A DNA stretch of 64,000 nucleotides from an uncultured Acidobacteriota bacterium (GTDB lineage: Bacteria > Acidobacteriota > Thermoanaerobaculia > Gp7-AA8), in contig CAWGHO010000002.1 in assembly GCA_963822445.1 (NCBI GenBank), forward strand, positions 1,600,001 to 1,664,000. The letters run 5' to 3'. Positions 49,768-60,050 of this stretch are shown piece after piece (within the stretch, counting starts at the first letter, position 1; each line of letters starts with the position of its first letter). Both the position numbers and the translations under genes were made by a program. The notes beneath the pieces are model-generated. The model was not told where the DNA came from, did not search any database, and saw only the letters and a list, made by a program, of their open reading frames with translations.

Positions 49768-50658
49768 ATGAACACGCTCAACGCCCGAATTGTCTTTGCC
49801 CTCACCTTCGCGCTCCTGCTCGCGGCCTGCGGCGGTGGAGAGAAACAGTCCACCGATACCGCGGCTGGCGGCAGCACCGCGTCCTCCAGCAACAAACCCA
49901 TCACCATCAAGGGCTCGGACACGATGGTCATCCTCGGCCAGCGCCTCGCCGAGGAGTACATGACCAAAAATCCCGGTACGGTCGTGCAGGTCAATGGCGG
50001 CGGCAGCGGCACCGGCATCGCCGCACTTCTGAACGGCACGGCCGATCTCGCGCAGTCCTCGCGGCCGATGAAAGGTGACGAGAAGGAGAAGGCGAAGACG
50101 GCGCGGGGCGCTGATGTGGTCGAGCTTCCCGTCGCCCTCGATGGGCTGGCCGTCTTCGTTCACCAGAGCAATCCCGTCAAGTCGCTGACACTCGCGCAGG
50201 TAAAGGACATTTTCCAGGGCAAGATCAAAAACTGGAGCGCCGTCGGTGGACCGAATACGACGATCATCCTGTACGGCCGCGAGAATTCATCGGGCACGTA
50301 CGACTACTTCCGCGAGCACGTCCTGAACAAGGAAGACTTCACCCCGGCGGTGCAGACCCTTCAGGGCACGGCCGCGGTCATCAACGCCGTCAGCAGCGAC
50401 AGAAACAGCATCGGCTACGGCGGCATCGCCTACGCGAAGGATGCGCGAGCGCTGGCGATCTCGCAGGAGGGCAAGCCGGCGGTGGCACCGAACGAAGCGA
50501 CGGTGGCCGACGGCACGTATCCGCTGGCCCGCAAGCTCTTCTTCTATTACCCGTCGAACGCGCCGGAACGGGTGAAGACGTTCGCCGAATGGTCGGTGAC
50601 GCCGGAAGCGCAGGCGCTCGTGACGAAGGTCGGTTACTTCCCGCTCCCGACGAAATGA
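49768..50658 (+). CDS. pstS: phosphate ABC transporter substrate-binding lipoprotein
   Basis: Lipobox LAAC; KGSDTM, GGGSGTG, RENSSGT, YPLAR. Confidence 0.93.
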   Translation: MNTLNARIVFALTFALLLAACGGGEKQSTDTAAGGSTASSSNKPITIKGSDTMVILGQRLAEEYMTKNPGTVVQVNGGGSGTGIAALLNGTADLAQSSRPMKGDEKEKAKTARGADVVELPVALDGLAVFVHQSNPVKSLTLAQVKDIFQGKIKNWSAVGGPNTTIILYGRENSSGTYDYFREHVLNKEDFTPAVQTLQGTAAVINAVSSDRNSIGYGGIAYAKDARALAISQEGKPAVAPNEATVADGTYPLARKLFFYYPSNAPERVKTFAEWSVTPEAQALVTKVGYFPLPTK

Positions 50659-51596
50659 CCCGCCGCGGTTTTACGAACGGTCTCATGACCGGCGTCTTCT
50701 CCGTCGCCGGCTGGGTGGCGATCGTCTTCATCTTTCTGATCTTTCTCTTCACCTTCAAAGAGACGCTGCCGATCTTCACCGACGCGGAAGTGAAGAGCGA
50801 GGCGAACATCAGAAAGTTCTTCTTCGAAAGCAAGGAAGGGGAGACGCTGATGGACCGGTACGTCTGGCAACCGACGTCCGAAGTGCCGAAGGTCTCGTTC
50901 TGGCCGATCATCCTGGGGACGTTGAAGGCAACCGTCGTGGGTTTGCTCTTCGCCTGCCCGATCGGTGTCGCGGCCGCGCTGTTCTCCTCCGAGTTCGCAC
51001 CGCCGCGCCTTCGTGAATTCATCAAGCCGATCATCGAGCTGCTCGCGGGCATCCCCTCGGTGGTCATGGGCTTTTTCGCCCTGATCGTGCTCGCAACCTG
51101 GCTGCAGGACACGTTCGGTTTCACCTACCGCCTGAACGCCATCAACGCCGGGCTGGCGCTCGGCTTCGCGCTCGTGCCGATCGTCTACACGATTTCCGAG
51201 GATGGTCTTTCCGCTGTACCGCGCGCGTTTCGTGAAGCTTCGTACGCGCTGGGCGCATCGCGCTTTCAGACGGCGTGGAAAGTCGTGCTGCCCGCGGCGG
51301 CGCCGGCGGTTTTCGCGTCATTCGTGCTCGCGTTCGGACGGGCGATCGGCGAGACGATGATTCTGCTGATGGCCGGCGGCAACGCCGCCATCACTTCGCT
51401 TTCGCTGCTCGATCCTCTGCGAACGCTCTCCGCGACCATCGCCGCGGAAATGGGTGAAGTCGTCGTCGGCAGCGCGCATTACTCGGCGCTCTTCTTCATG
51501 GGCACGCTGCTGTTCGTGATCACCTTCGTCAGCAACTCTCTCGGCCAGTGGGTCATCCACCGCATGCAGGTGCGGATGCAGGGAGCGGGTCGATGA
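50655..51596 (+). CDS. pstC: phosphate ABC transporter permease
   Basis: IELLAGIPSVV.G, EASYALGA, RAIGETM, TIAAEMGE. Confidence 0.95.
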   Translation: MTRRGFTNGLMTGVFSVAGWVAIVFIFLIFLFTFKETLPIFTDAEVKSEANIRKFFFESKEGETLMDRYVWQPTSEVPKVSFWPIILGTLKATVVGLLFACPIGVAAALFSSEFAPPRLREFIKPIIELLAGIPSVVMGFFALIVLATWLQDTFGFTYRLNAINAGLALGFALVPIVYTISEDGLSAVPRAFREASYALGASRFQTAWKVVLPAAAPAVFASFVLAFGRAIGETMILLMAGGNAAITSLSLLDPLRTLSATIAAEMGEVVVGSAHYSALFFMGTLLFVITFVSNSLGQWVIHRMQVRMQGAGR

Positions 51597-52582
51597 AGCG
51601 CCCTGACAAGCGCATTGCCGACAAGATCGCCATTACCTTCCTCGGCTTCAGCGTGGTGCTGATCTTCGCGATCCTGATCGTGATCATCGGCAACATCGTC
51701 TTCCACGGCGCGCGGACGGTGACCTGGGAGTTCATCAGCCAGCCGCCGCGGGAGGGATTGACCGCCGGCGGGATTCTGCCGGCGATCGTCGGCACGGCCG
51801 CGCTGGTGATCCTGATGTCCGTCGCCGCGGTGCCGCTCGGTGTGGCGACCGCGGTTTATCTGCACGAGTACACCCCCGCGGAAGGGTTGGCGCTGGCGTG
51901 GCGGCGCTTCCGTGTTTCGAAGGGGCAGGCCGGCCGTGGAAAGCTGTTCGGCCGCGCGGTCTCAGCGCTGCTCGCGACGATCACGCGCAGTGCGGTGGCG
52001 AATCTCGCCGGCGTTCCCTCGATCGTGTTCGGCCTGTTCGGACTTGGATTCTTCATCCAGTTCATCGGCCGCGGGATCGATCGCGCGACCCAGCCGCCCG
52101 GCGAAGTGCTGTGGGGACAGGGCTCGCTGCTCTGGGCCGCGTGCACGCTCGCGCTGCTCACGCTGCCGACGGTGATCGTGGCGACTGAAGAAGCACTGCG
52201 CACCGTTCCGCAGGACCTTCGCGAGGCGTCACTGGCTTTGGGTGCGACGCAGTGGGAAACGATCCGCCGCGTCGTGCTTCCGGGCTCGCTCTCCGGCATT
52301 CTCACCGGCGCGATTCTCGGGATCTCGCGCGGTGCCGGTGAGGTCGCGCCGATCCTCTTCACCGGCGCGGCGTACTACCTGCCCTTCTTGCCCGGGGACC
52401 TCAGCGACCAATTCATGCACCTCGGCTATCACGTGCTCATCCTCTCCACGCAGTCGCCGGACGTCGAGGCCACCAAACCGCTGCTGTACGGGACCGTCTT
52501 CGTGCTGCTGGCGTTGACGTTCGTGCTCAACCTGGCCGGCGTGGTGATCCGCTCGCGGACGCGATCGAGGGTCCCGCGATGA
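51593..52582 (+). CDS. pstA: phosphate ABC transporter permease
   Basis: [43 protein letters not shown]. Confidence 0.95.
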   Translation: MKRPDKRIADKIAITFLGFSVVLIFAILIVIIGNIVFHGARTVTWEFISQPPREGLTAGGILPAIVGTAALVILMSVAAVPLGVATAVYLHEYTPAEGLALAWRRFRVSKGQAGRGKLFGRAVSALLATITRSAVANLAGVPSIVFGLFGLGFFIQFIGRGIDRATQPPGEVLWGQGSLLWAACTLALLTLPTVIVATEEALRTVPQDLREASLALGATQWETIRRVVLPGSLSGILTGAILGISRGAGEVAPILFTGAAYYLPFLPGDLSDQFMHLGYHVLILSTQSPDVEATKPLLYGTVFVLLALTFVLNLAGVVIRSRTRSRVPR

Positions 52583-53331
52583 GCAAGATCGAAGTCCGCG
52601 ACTTCAACTTCTATTACGGCGAGGCGAAGGTCCTCCACTCGATTCAGCTCGACATCCCCGAGAAGCAGGTCACCGCGTTCATCGGTCCGTCCGGCTGCGG
52701 CAAGTCGACGTTTCTTCGCTCGATCAACCGCATGAACGACATCATCCCCGGCGCGCGCGTCGAAGGGCGCATCGCCATGGACGGGCAGGACCTCTACGCG
52801 CCGCACGTCGACGTGGTCTCGCTACGCCGCAAGGTGGGGATGGTCTTTCAGAAGTCGAATCCGTTTCCGAAGTCGATCTACGAGAACGTCGCTTACGGCC
52901 TGCGCATCGCCGGCGTGCGCGACCGGCGCGTGCTCGACGAGACGGTCGAGCGCTCGCTGCAGCGCGCCGCGTTGTGGGATGAAGTGAAGGATCGCCTGAA
53001 CGCCAGCGGTCTCGCGCTTTCCGGTGGACAGCAGCAGCGGCTCTGCATCGCGCGCGCTCTCGCCGTCGATCCGGAAGTGCTGTTGATGGACGAGCCGGCG
53101 TCGGCACTCGATCCGATTGCGACGCAGAAGATCGAGGAGCTGGTGTACGAGCTCAAGAACAACTACACGATCGTGATCGTCACACACAACATGCAGCAGG
53201 CCGCGCGCGTTTCGGACCGGACGGCGTTCTTCATGCTCGGCAAGCTCGTCGAATACGACGAGACCCGCACGATCTTCATGACGCCGAAAGAGAAGCTCAC
53301 TGAGGATTACATTACGGGGAGATTTGGATAG
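52579..53331 (+). CDS. pstB: phosphate ABC transporter ATP-binding protein
   Basis: [39 protein letters not shown]. Confidence 0.98.
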   Translation: MSKIEVRDFNFYYGEAKVLHSIQLDIPEKQVTAFIGPSGCGKSTFLRSINRMNDIIPGARVEGRIAMDGQDLYAPHVDVVSLRRKVGMVFQKSNPFPKSIYENVAYGLRIAGVRDRRVLDETVERSLQRAALWDEVKDRLNASGLALSGGQQQRLCIARALAVDPEVLLMDEPASALDPIATQKIEELVYELKNNYTIVIVTHNMQQAARVSDRTAFFMLGKLVEYDETRTIFMTPKEKLTEDYITGRFG

Positions 53332-53405
53332 GAGGCACGAGGTATGAGGTACGAGGTACGAGTGGTTCCGCTTCTTACTCGTACCTCGTACCTCGTCCCT
53401 CGTCA
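53332..53405. repeat. inverted heptamer tandem array (GAGGTAC)x4 / (GTACCTC)x3
   Basis: Fills the pstB-phoU gap. Confidence 0.88.
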
Positions 53406-53410
53406 CTGAC

Positions 53411-54076
53411 ATGCGCCACTTCGACAGAGAAATCGAGAACCTCAAAGAGCTCCTCCTGCGCATGGGCGCGATGGTGGAGGAGCAGATCACGCAATCCATC
53501 CGGGCGTTGCTGGAGCGGGACACCGCGGTCGCGCAGCGCGTCATCGATGGCGACAGCGCCATCGATCGCATGGAGCTGGAGATCGATCAGCACACCGTCG
53601 AGCTCATCGCCATGATGCAGCCGGCCGCTGTCGATCTGCGCTTCGTGACCACGGCCATGAAGATCACGCCCGAGCTCGAGCGCATCGCCGATCTCGCCGT
53701 CGACGTCTGCGAGCGCGCCATCGAGCTGAACCGCGAGCCGCCGCTCAAGCCGCTCATCGACATCCCCCGCCTCGCGCACATCTCCCAGGACATGGTCCGC
53801 CAGGCGCTCGACTCGTTCGTCCGGCGCGACGCCGCGCTCGCTCGGGAAGTGATCGCGCGCGATGACGAAGTCGATCTGCTGACCGAGCAGTCCTTCCGCG
53901 AGCTGCTGACATACATGCTCGAGGACTCGCGCAACATCTCCCGCGCGATCCGCCTCACCTTCATCGGCAAGTACTTCGAGCGGATCGGCGACGGCGCCAC
54001 GAACATCTGCGAGATGGTCGTCTACCTGGTCGAAGGAAAAGTGATCAAGCACAGCGGGGCCAATGAGTCGGACTGA
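53411..54076 (+). CDS. phoU: phosphate signalling protein PhoU
   Basis: QPAAVDLR, ELERIAD, DDEVD, ERIGDGATNICE. Confidence 0.96.
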   Translation: MRHFDREIENLKELLLRMGAMVEEQITQSIRALLERDTAVAQRVIDGDSAIDRMELEIDQHTVELIAMMQPAAVDLRFVTTAMKITPELERIADLAVDVCERAIELNREPPLKPLIDIPRLAHISQDMVRQALDSFVRRDAALAREVIARDDEVDLLTEQSFRELLTYMLEDSRNISRAIRLTFIGKYFERIGDGATNICEMVVYLVEGKVIKHSGANESD

Positions 54077-54077
54077 G

Positions 54078-54743
54078 ATGCGGGTTGCCCTCATCGAGGA
54101 CGACGCGGACATCGCGTTCACGACCCGTCTCAATCTCGAGCGCGAGGGCTACTCCGTTACCACCTTCAACAACGGCCACGAAGGTCTCCTCGGCGTGCAG
54201 CAGGGAGGCTTCGACTTTCTGATCCTCGATCTGAATCTGCCTGATCTCGACGGCTTCACTATCTGCCGCGAGCTGCGCCGCGATCCGGCGACTTCGCGCG
54301 TCCCCATCCTGATGCTCACCGCCCGGACTTCCGAGGCCGATCGGATCATGGGATTGGAGCTCGGCGCGGATGACTACCTGCTCAAGCCCTTCAGCGTTCG
54401 CGAGCTGCTGGCGCGCGTCGCCGCGATTCTGCGCCGCTCGAAGGGCGCCGACACCGACACGTCGACGTATGACGACGGCCAGCTGAGGATCGACGGCCGC
54501 ACCTTGCGTGTGTACGTCGAAGGGGAGGAAGTGAAGCTCGCGCGGAAAGAGCTCGAGCTGTTGTGGATGCTCGTCCGCAATCGCCCCTCGGTCGTTTCCC
54601 GCGATCGGATTCTGTCCGAGGTCTGGCAGGTTGCCGACGATGTGGAGACGCGAACCGTCGACGCGCACATCCGCAATCTCAGAAAGAAGATCGGGAAAGA
54701 CAGGATCAAGACGGTGATCGGATACGGTTATCGTTTCGAGTAG
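54078..54743 (+). CDS. phoB: OmpR/PhoB-family response regulator
   Basis: IEDD, LDLNLP, GADDYLLKPF, TRTVDAHIRNLRKK; follows phoU. Confidence 0.85.
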   Translation: MRVALIEDDADIAFTTRLNLEREGYSVTTFNNGHEGLLGVQQGGFDFLILDLNLPDLDGFTICRELRRDPATSRVPILMLTARTSEADRIMGLELGADDYLLKPFSVRELLARVAAILRRSKGADTDTSTYDDGQLRIDGRTLRVYVEGEEVKLARKELELLWMLVRNRPSVVSRDRILSEVWQVADDVETRTVDAHIRNLRKKIGKDRIKTVIGYGYRFE

Positions 54744-56072
54744 ATGCACCCGCTCCGCGTGCTGCTGTACGTCTCGGTCGTCATCGCCGTGGCCGTGGCC
54801 TGGGCCTTCGGCGCGGCGCTGCTGAAGGCGGGGGTTGCGCAGCCGGCGGCGGTCGTTCTGGCCATTGCCGCGTTTCTGGCGTTCATGCTGCCGTGGACCG
54901 GGGTGTCGTTGTGGGCGCTGCGGCGCGCGCGCGATCTCGACGAGCTGACCGAGCGCGCGCGGCGGGTGACCGAGGGGGAGCTCGACGCGCGACTCGGCTA
55001 TCGGACGTACCACGCGGAGCTCGACGACCTGGCGCGTGCCATCGACGAGCTGCGGGCCATGATCACCAGGCAGCAGCAGGCCCACGACGAGCATCGCGCG
55101 GCCATGCAGGAGATCGTGTCGTCGCTCGGCGAAGGGATCATCGCCGTCAATCCCAAAGGGCGCGTCGTCGTTGCCAATCCGCGCGTCGCGGAGATGTTCG
55201 GCGGCGAGGGAACGCTCGTGGGTCGATCGATCCTCGAAGTCGTTCGGAAACACTCCGTGCGCGAGGCGCTCGACAAAGCGTTGCGCGGTGAGCCGTCGAC
55301 CGATCGTGTTGTCGCGGGCTCCGATGAAGGCGAGCGGCAGATCGAAGTCCGCGTCTTTCCCGTGGCCGCGTCTCCGGAGATCGCGGCGGTGGCGTTGTTC
55401 ATCGACGTGACGACCATCGAAAGGCTGCAGCGGATCCGCAAAGAATTTCTCGACGATTTCTCCCACGAGGTGCGCACGCCGCTCACCGGTTTGCGCTCGG
55501 CGGCGGAGACGCTGGAACAGGGCGGACTCGTTGCGGATGAAGAGCAGCAACTGCGTCACGTCATGAGCCGGCAGATCGCCCGCATCGAACGGCTGGTGAA
55601 CGATCTCTCCGAGTTGAATCGCATCGAGTCCGGCCAGATCGTGCTGGAGCGACAGCGGGTGAATCTCCGGGACGTGCTGGCCGAGGTGATTCAGGATTTT
55701 CCGGGGGTGGAGTTGCTTGGGGGCGATGTGATCGTGGAGATCGACGCCGCGCGCGCGCAGCAGATCTTCTCCAACATCGCCGACAACGCGCGCAAACATG
55801 GCCGCGGCGCGATCACCATCGATCTCGCATCGGAGAACGGCGAGGCCGTCGTGCGCGTGTCCGATGAAGGCCCGGGCATCCCTCCCGCGGAGCTGGAGCG
55901 CATCTTCAACCGCTTCTATCGCGTCGATCGCAGCCGCTCCCAGCCCGGCACCGGTCTGGGGCTGGCCATCGCCAAGCACCTGGTGGTTGCGCACGGGGGG
56001 ACGATCCGCGCCTACAACCGGCCGGAAGGCGGGGTTACGTTCGAAGTGAGACTCCCGGTTGACCTGACGTAG
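54744..56072 (+). CDS. phoR: PhoR-like sensor histidine kinase (TM, HAMP, PAS, HisKA, HATPase)
   Basis: SHEVRTPLT, RFYRVDRSRS, GTGLGLAIAKH. Confidence 0.88.
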   Translation: MHPLRVLLYVSVVIAVAVAWAFGAALLKAGVAQPAAVVLAIAAFLAFMLPWTGVSLWALRRARDLDELTERARRVTEGELDARLGYRTYHAELDDLARAIDELRAMITRQQQAHDEHRAAMQEIVSSLGEGIIAVNPKGRVVVANPRVAEMFGGEGTLVGRSILEVVRKHSVREALDKALRGEPSTDRVVAGSDEGERQIEVRVFPVAASPEIAAVALFIDVTTIERLQRIRKEFLDDFSHEVRTPLTGLRSAAETLEQGGLVADEEQQLRHVMSRQIARIERLVNDLSELNRIESGQIVLERQRVNLRDVLAEVIQDFPGVELLGGDVIVEIDAARAQQIFSNIADNARKHGRGAITIDLASENGEAVVRVSDEGPGIPPAELERIFNRFYRVDRSRSQPGTGLGLAIAKHLVVAHGGTIRAYNRPEGGVTFEVRLPVDLT

Positions 56073-56098
56073 AATCCGCGCGCTTTCAGGAGGTCCGC

Positions 56099-56719
56099 GT
56101 GGCGCGATTCCGTCTCATCCCTCGTGAGGAGAAGTTCTACGAAGACTTCAAACAGATGGCCGACCAGCTCCGCCACGGCGCGCGGCTGCTCGAACAGATG
56201 TTTGCCGTCGATCCTCCCGTGCTCGACAAGGCCCACGAGATCAAGGAAGTCGAGCACAAGTGCGACTTCCTGACCCACGAGATCATCCAGCGGCTGAACA
56301 AGACCTTCGTTACGCCGATCGACCGGGAGGACATTCACGAGCTGGCCCGCACGCTCGATGACGTCATGGACGCCATCGACAACGCCGCGGCGCTCATCCC
56401 GCTCTATCGCATCGACCGGATGCGCGAGGGTGCCCGCGAGTTCACCCGGGTCATCATCGAGCAGACCGACCAGATTCGCGCGGCGGTGGAAGCGCTCGAA
56501 GCAAAGAAAGGTGTGCTGGAGCGCTGCATCGAGATCAATCGGCTGGAGAACGAGGCCGATCGCATCCATAAGCATGCCCTGGGGCTGCTCTTCGACGAAG
56601 AGACGAACCCGATCATGGTCCTCAAGTGGAAGGAAATCTTCGACATCCTCGAGGAGGCCACCGATGCCTGCGAGGACGTGGCGAACCTTCTCGAAAACGT
56701 CGTCGTGAAGCACGGCTGA
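56099..56719 (+). CDS. DUF47 Pit accessory / phosphate transport regulator
   Basis: SD AGGAGG; EHKCD, TFVTPIDREDI, ENEAD, TDACEDVAN. Confidence 0.92.
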   Translation: MARFRLIPREEKFYEDFKQMADQLRHGARLLEQMFAVDPPVLDKAHEIKEVEHKCDFLTHEIIQRLNKTFVTPIDREDIHELARTLDDVMDAIDNAAALIPLYRIDRMREGAREFTRVIIEQTDQIRAAVEALEAKKGVLERCIEINRLENEADRIHKHALGLLFDEETNPIMVLKWKEIFDILEEATDACEDVANLLENVVVKHG

Positions 56720-56726
56720 TCAACGA

Positions 56727-57722
56727 ATGGAACTAGTCATCGTCGTTGGGCTGGTCTTCGTCGCCCTGGCCTTCGATTACATCAACGGATTCCACGACGC
56801 GGCGAACTCGATCGCCACGGTCGTCTCCACCCGCGTGCTCTCCCCGGGACAGGCCGTGGTGTGGGCGGCGTTCTTCAACTTCATCGCCGCGTTCACCTTC
56901 GGAACCGCCGTGGCCAAGACCATCGGCAAGGGGATGATCGAGCTGTCCGCGGTCACGTTCGGCGTGATCTTCGGCGGATTGATGGGAGCGATCATCTGGG
57001 ACCTCATCACCTGGTACTTCGGCCTGCCGACGAGCTCCTCGCACGCGCTGATCGGCGGTTACGCCGGCGCCGCGATCGCCAACGCCGGGTTCAGCGCGAT
57101 CATCGTCTCCGGCTGGACCAAGACCCTGATCTACATCGTGCTGGCCCCGCTCATCGGCATGACCACGGCCTTCCTTCTGGCGGTGGCCACCTTCTGGGTC
57201 TTCCGTCGAGCGACACCCAACAAGGTCGATCGGCTCTTCCGGCGGCTGCAGCTCGCCTCGGCAGCCGCATACAGCCTCGGCCACGGCGGCAATGACGCGC
57301 AGAAAACGATGGGCATCATCGCCGGCGTGCTCGTGACGGCGGGCTATCTGAAGACGTTCTCCATTCCGGTCTGGGTCGTCCTGGCCGCACACGCCGCGAT
57401 CGCCCTCGGCACGCTGAGCGGTGGCTGGCGGATCATCCACACCATGGGCAGCAAGATCACCCGGTTGCAGCCGGTGGGCGGATTCGCCGCCGAGACTGCC
57501 GGCGCGATGACGCTCTTCGTGGCCACCGCGTTCGGCGTTCCGGTCAGCACGACGCACACGATCACCGGCGCGATCGTCGGCGTCGGTGCCACGCGCCGTC
57601 TGTCCGCTGTGCGCTGGGGAATCGCCGGGAAGATCGTGTGGGCCTGGATCCTGACCATCCCCGCCTCGGCCGCGATCGGAGCCGGGACCTTCTGGATCGT
57701 GAAACTGCTCGGCGGCCGCTAG
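56727..57722 (+). CDS. pit: inorganic phosphate transporter, PiT family
   Basis: NGFHDAANSIAT, PTSSSH, HGGNDAQK, PVSTTH. Confidence 0.93.
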   Translation: MELVIVVGLVFVALAFDYINGFHDAANSIATVVSTRVLSPGQAVVWAAFFNFIAAFTFGTAVAKTIGKGMIELSAVTFGVIFGGLMGAIIWDLITWYFGLPTSSSHALIGGYAGAAIANAGFSAIIVSGWTKTLIYIVLAPLIGMTTAFLLAVATFWVFRRATPNKVDRLFRRLQLASAAAYSLGHGGNDAQKTMGIIAGVLVTAGYLKTFSIPVWVVLAAHAAIALGTLSGGWRIIHTMGSKITRLQPVGGFAAETAGAMTLFVATAFGVPVSTTHTITGAIVGVGATRRLSAVRWGIAGKIVWAWILTIPASAAIGAGTFWIVKLLGGR

Positions 57723-57732
57723 ATTACGCGCG

Positions 57733-57750
57733 CTTCACTCGGACTTCACG
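57733..57750 (+). promoter_or_regulatory. putative Pho box
   Basis: CTTCAC at 57733 and 57744; TAGATT box at 57760, 6 nt before ATG 57772. Confidence 0.5.
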
Positions 57751-57771
57751 CACGTGGACTAGATTGCGCAC

Positions 57772-58344
57772 ATGCGCCTGCTGCTGCTCCTCCTGTTGAC
57801 CATCCCGCTTACCGCTGATGAAGTCCTGACCAACGCGGATGTCGTGAAGCTGGTGAAGGCCGGTCTGTCAGCGGAAACGATCGAGGCGAAGATCGCTGCC
57901 TCGACGGGCCAGTTCGACATTTCCACGGATGCTCTGGTCGCGCTGGCCAGAGACGGCGTGCCCGATCGCGTGATCAGAGCGATGGTGACAGCCTCGCCTG
58001 AAGCCGGCCGGACCACACCTCCCGTGAAACGCACCACCAGCCGCCGTTACGACGTGGCCGTGCATCGCGACGCATACGTGAAATGCGATGGCGCCGAGTT
58101 GCGCGTCGACCGCCGCGGCGTGAAATCGACCCGTTGCCGCGGCCTCGACTTCGATCTCACCTGGAGCGCGATCACCAAGGTCTGCTACGACTACGGCTTC
58201 CGCGGGACGATCGTGTTCTCCACGAAATCCGGCGAGCACCGGATCTCGACGACCACGCCGGCCGAGGCGAAGCGGATCGTCGAGAACATCCGGGGAAACG
58301 CGCCGGCCATCGTCGTGACCGAGTGCCCGGACGGCGCCCGCTAG
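57772..58344 (+). CDS. secreted hypothetical protein
   Basis: Signal peptide; LTNADVVKLVKAGLS..I..KI...FD...ALVAL...GV...VI.AM helical domain, then a Cys-containing beta domain. Confidence 0.72.
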   Translation: MRLLLLLLLTIPLTADEVLTNADVVKLVKAGLSAETIEAKIAASTGQFDISTDALVALARDGVPDRVIRAMVTASPEAGRTTPPVKRTTSRRYDVAVHRDAYVKCDGAELRVDRRGVKSTRCRGLDFDLTWSAITKVCYDYGFRGTIVFSTKSGEHRISTTTPAEAKRIVENIRGNAPAIVVTECPDGAR

Positions 58345-58610
58345 CGGGTGAACAAAAAGTAGCCCGCGGCCAGCAGCCAGAGCGCGAACGCGGCCACGTA
58401 AAGCTGCGATCCGGTGGCCTGCATGCGCGGCAGGAAGGACATCAGGGCCAGGCCGGTGGCGAGAATCACCAGCGGGATCGTCCAGGCAGAGCTCGCTACC
58501 GCTTCCCCGCGCATCAGCCCCATCACGGCCGCGCCGATGGGAATCAGCATGGTCAGACTGACGAGCAGAAGCACCGTCGCCAGCGCCCGCGGAACCGTCG
58601 TTTCCTTCAT
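58341..58610 (-). CDS. small membrane protein (3 TM)
   Basis: Hydrophobic 89-aa ORF from ATG 58610. Confidence 0.55.
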   Translation of the reverse strand: MKETTVPRALATVLLLVSLTMLIPIGAAVMGLMRGEAVASSAWTIPLVILATGLALMSFLPRMQATGSQLYVAAFALWLLAAGYFLFTR

Positions 58611-58777
58611 CGAACCCGGGTCTGGGGAGAGCATCAAGCAGGCCAGAACATGCAACAGAAAACGCTCGCGCCCGAGCCTTTGGCAACCAGCGCAGGCGGC
58701 CGGGCCGCCCCAGAATTTTTTGGATATACTCGCCGTTCCTAAGCTTCCTGACCCAGAAAGCAGCCGAGGTAAGTTCA

Positions 58778-58987
58778 ATGAAACCAGAGATTCACCCGCA
58801 ATATCACGAGGTAAAGGTCCACTGCGCATGCGGCGAGGGCTGGACCACCCATTCCACCCGCAAAGAGCTGCGCATCGAGATCTGCTCGAAGTGCCACCCG
58901 TTCTTCACGGGCAAGCAGAAGCTGGTCGACACGGCCGGCCGCATCGATCGCTTCCAGAAAAAGTACGCGGCGAAGGACAAAAAATGA
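58778..58987 (+). CDS. rpmE: 50S ribosomal protein L31 (Zn-binding type)
   Basis: [32 protein letters not shown]; TATACT at 58725-58730. Confidence 0.97.
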   Translation: MKPEIHPQYHEVKVHCACGEGWTTHSTRKELRIEICSKCHPFFTGKQKLVDTAGRIDRFQKKYAAKDKK

Positions 58988-60003
58988 CTTCTCTCTGGCG
59001 CGGTTCGGCGCGAGTCATTGCGGGGGCGTTCAACGCCTTCACGAACGGACTCACTTCGTCGATGCCCGCGGCCGGAATGAAGGCTGACAAGAACGTCGAC
59101 ATGCTCGTCGGCGGGCAGGCGGTCATCGAAGGGGTGATGATGCGCGGCCTGACCGGCTACTCCGTCGCCGTCCGCCAGCCGGACGGAGGCGTGGCCATCC
59201 GCAAGGACAAGCTCGTCTCGGTCACGCAGAAGTATCCCCTCCTGAAGATGCCCGTGCTCCGCGGCTCGGTCGTTCTGATCCAGTCGCTGATCCTCGGCAT
59301 TCAGGCGCTGAACTACTCGGCGAGCGTCTCCTCGGCCGGCAAGGACGGCGAGCCGGAGATGTCGAACATGGCCATCGTCGGCTCGATGCTGATGGCCCTG
59401 GTCCTCGGCGTGGGGCTGTTCATCCTGGCGCCGCTGGGACTGACCAACCTGATCCGGCATTACCTGTTCCCGGAGATGGGCAACTTCGCCTACAACCTCA
59501 TCGACGGCTTCATCCGGGCGATCTTCTTCTTCGTCTACATCGCCTCCATCTCCCTGATGGAAGAGATCAAGCGCGTCTTCCAGTACCACGGCGCCGAGCA
59601 CAAGACGGTCTACACGTTCGAAGCGAACGAAGACCTGACCGTCGAGAACGCGCGCACGAAGTCGACGCTCCATCCGCGCTGCGGCACGAGCTTCCTCCTC
59701 TTCGTGATGGCCATCTCCATCCTGGTGTTCTCGCTGGTGCCCTCCACCGCGCACTTCACGATCAAGTTCGGCGCACGCGTCGTGCTGCTGCCGCTGATCG
59801 CCGGCCTCGCGTATGAAGTCATCCGCTTCTCCGCGCGACACCTGAAGAACCCCGTCTGCCGCGTGCTGATCACGCCGGGCCTCTGGCTCCAGCGCATCAC
59901 CACGAAAGAGCCCGACGACAGCCAGCTCGAGATCGCGATCACGGCCTTGAAAGAGGCGCTGATGTACGACGTGATCGAGCCGGAACAAGCCGCAGTCGCC
60001 TAG
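58984..60003 (+). CDS. DUF1385 membrane protein
   Basis: [42 protein letters not shown]; start 58984 (ATGA overlap) or 59077. Confidence 0.9.
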   Translation: MTSLWRGSARVIAGAFNAFTNGLTSSMPAAGMKADKNVDMLVGGQAVIEGVMMRGLTGYSVAVRQPDGGVAIRKDKLVSVTQKYPLLKMPVLRGSVVLIQSLILGIQALNYSASVSSAGKDGEPEMSNMAIVGSMLMALVLGVGLFILAPLGLTNLIRHYLFPEMGNFAYNLIDGFIRAIFFFVYIASISLMEEIKRVFQYHGAEHKTVYTFEANEDLTVENARTKSTLHPRCGTSFLLFVMAISILVFSLVPSTAHFTIKFGARVVLLPLIAGLAYEVIRFSARHLKNPVCRVLITPGLWLQRITTKEPDDSQLEIAITALKEALMYDVIEPEQAAVA

Positions 60004-60050
60004 CGACGCCCGCGCACGTCTTTCTCCCATCCGTCCTTTGAGGACCGGTC

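Noticed and set aside
5060-60030. Long antisense or alternate-frame ORFs (e.g. 5060-7417, 7960-9645, 14053-15615, 42269-44356, 54045-55994, 58804-60030)
   Set aside because: Shadows of well-supported genes in GC-rich DNA; no recognisable motifs.
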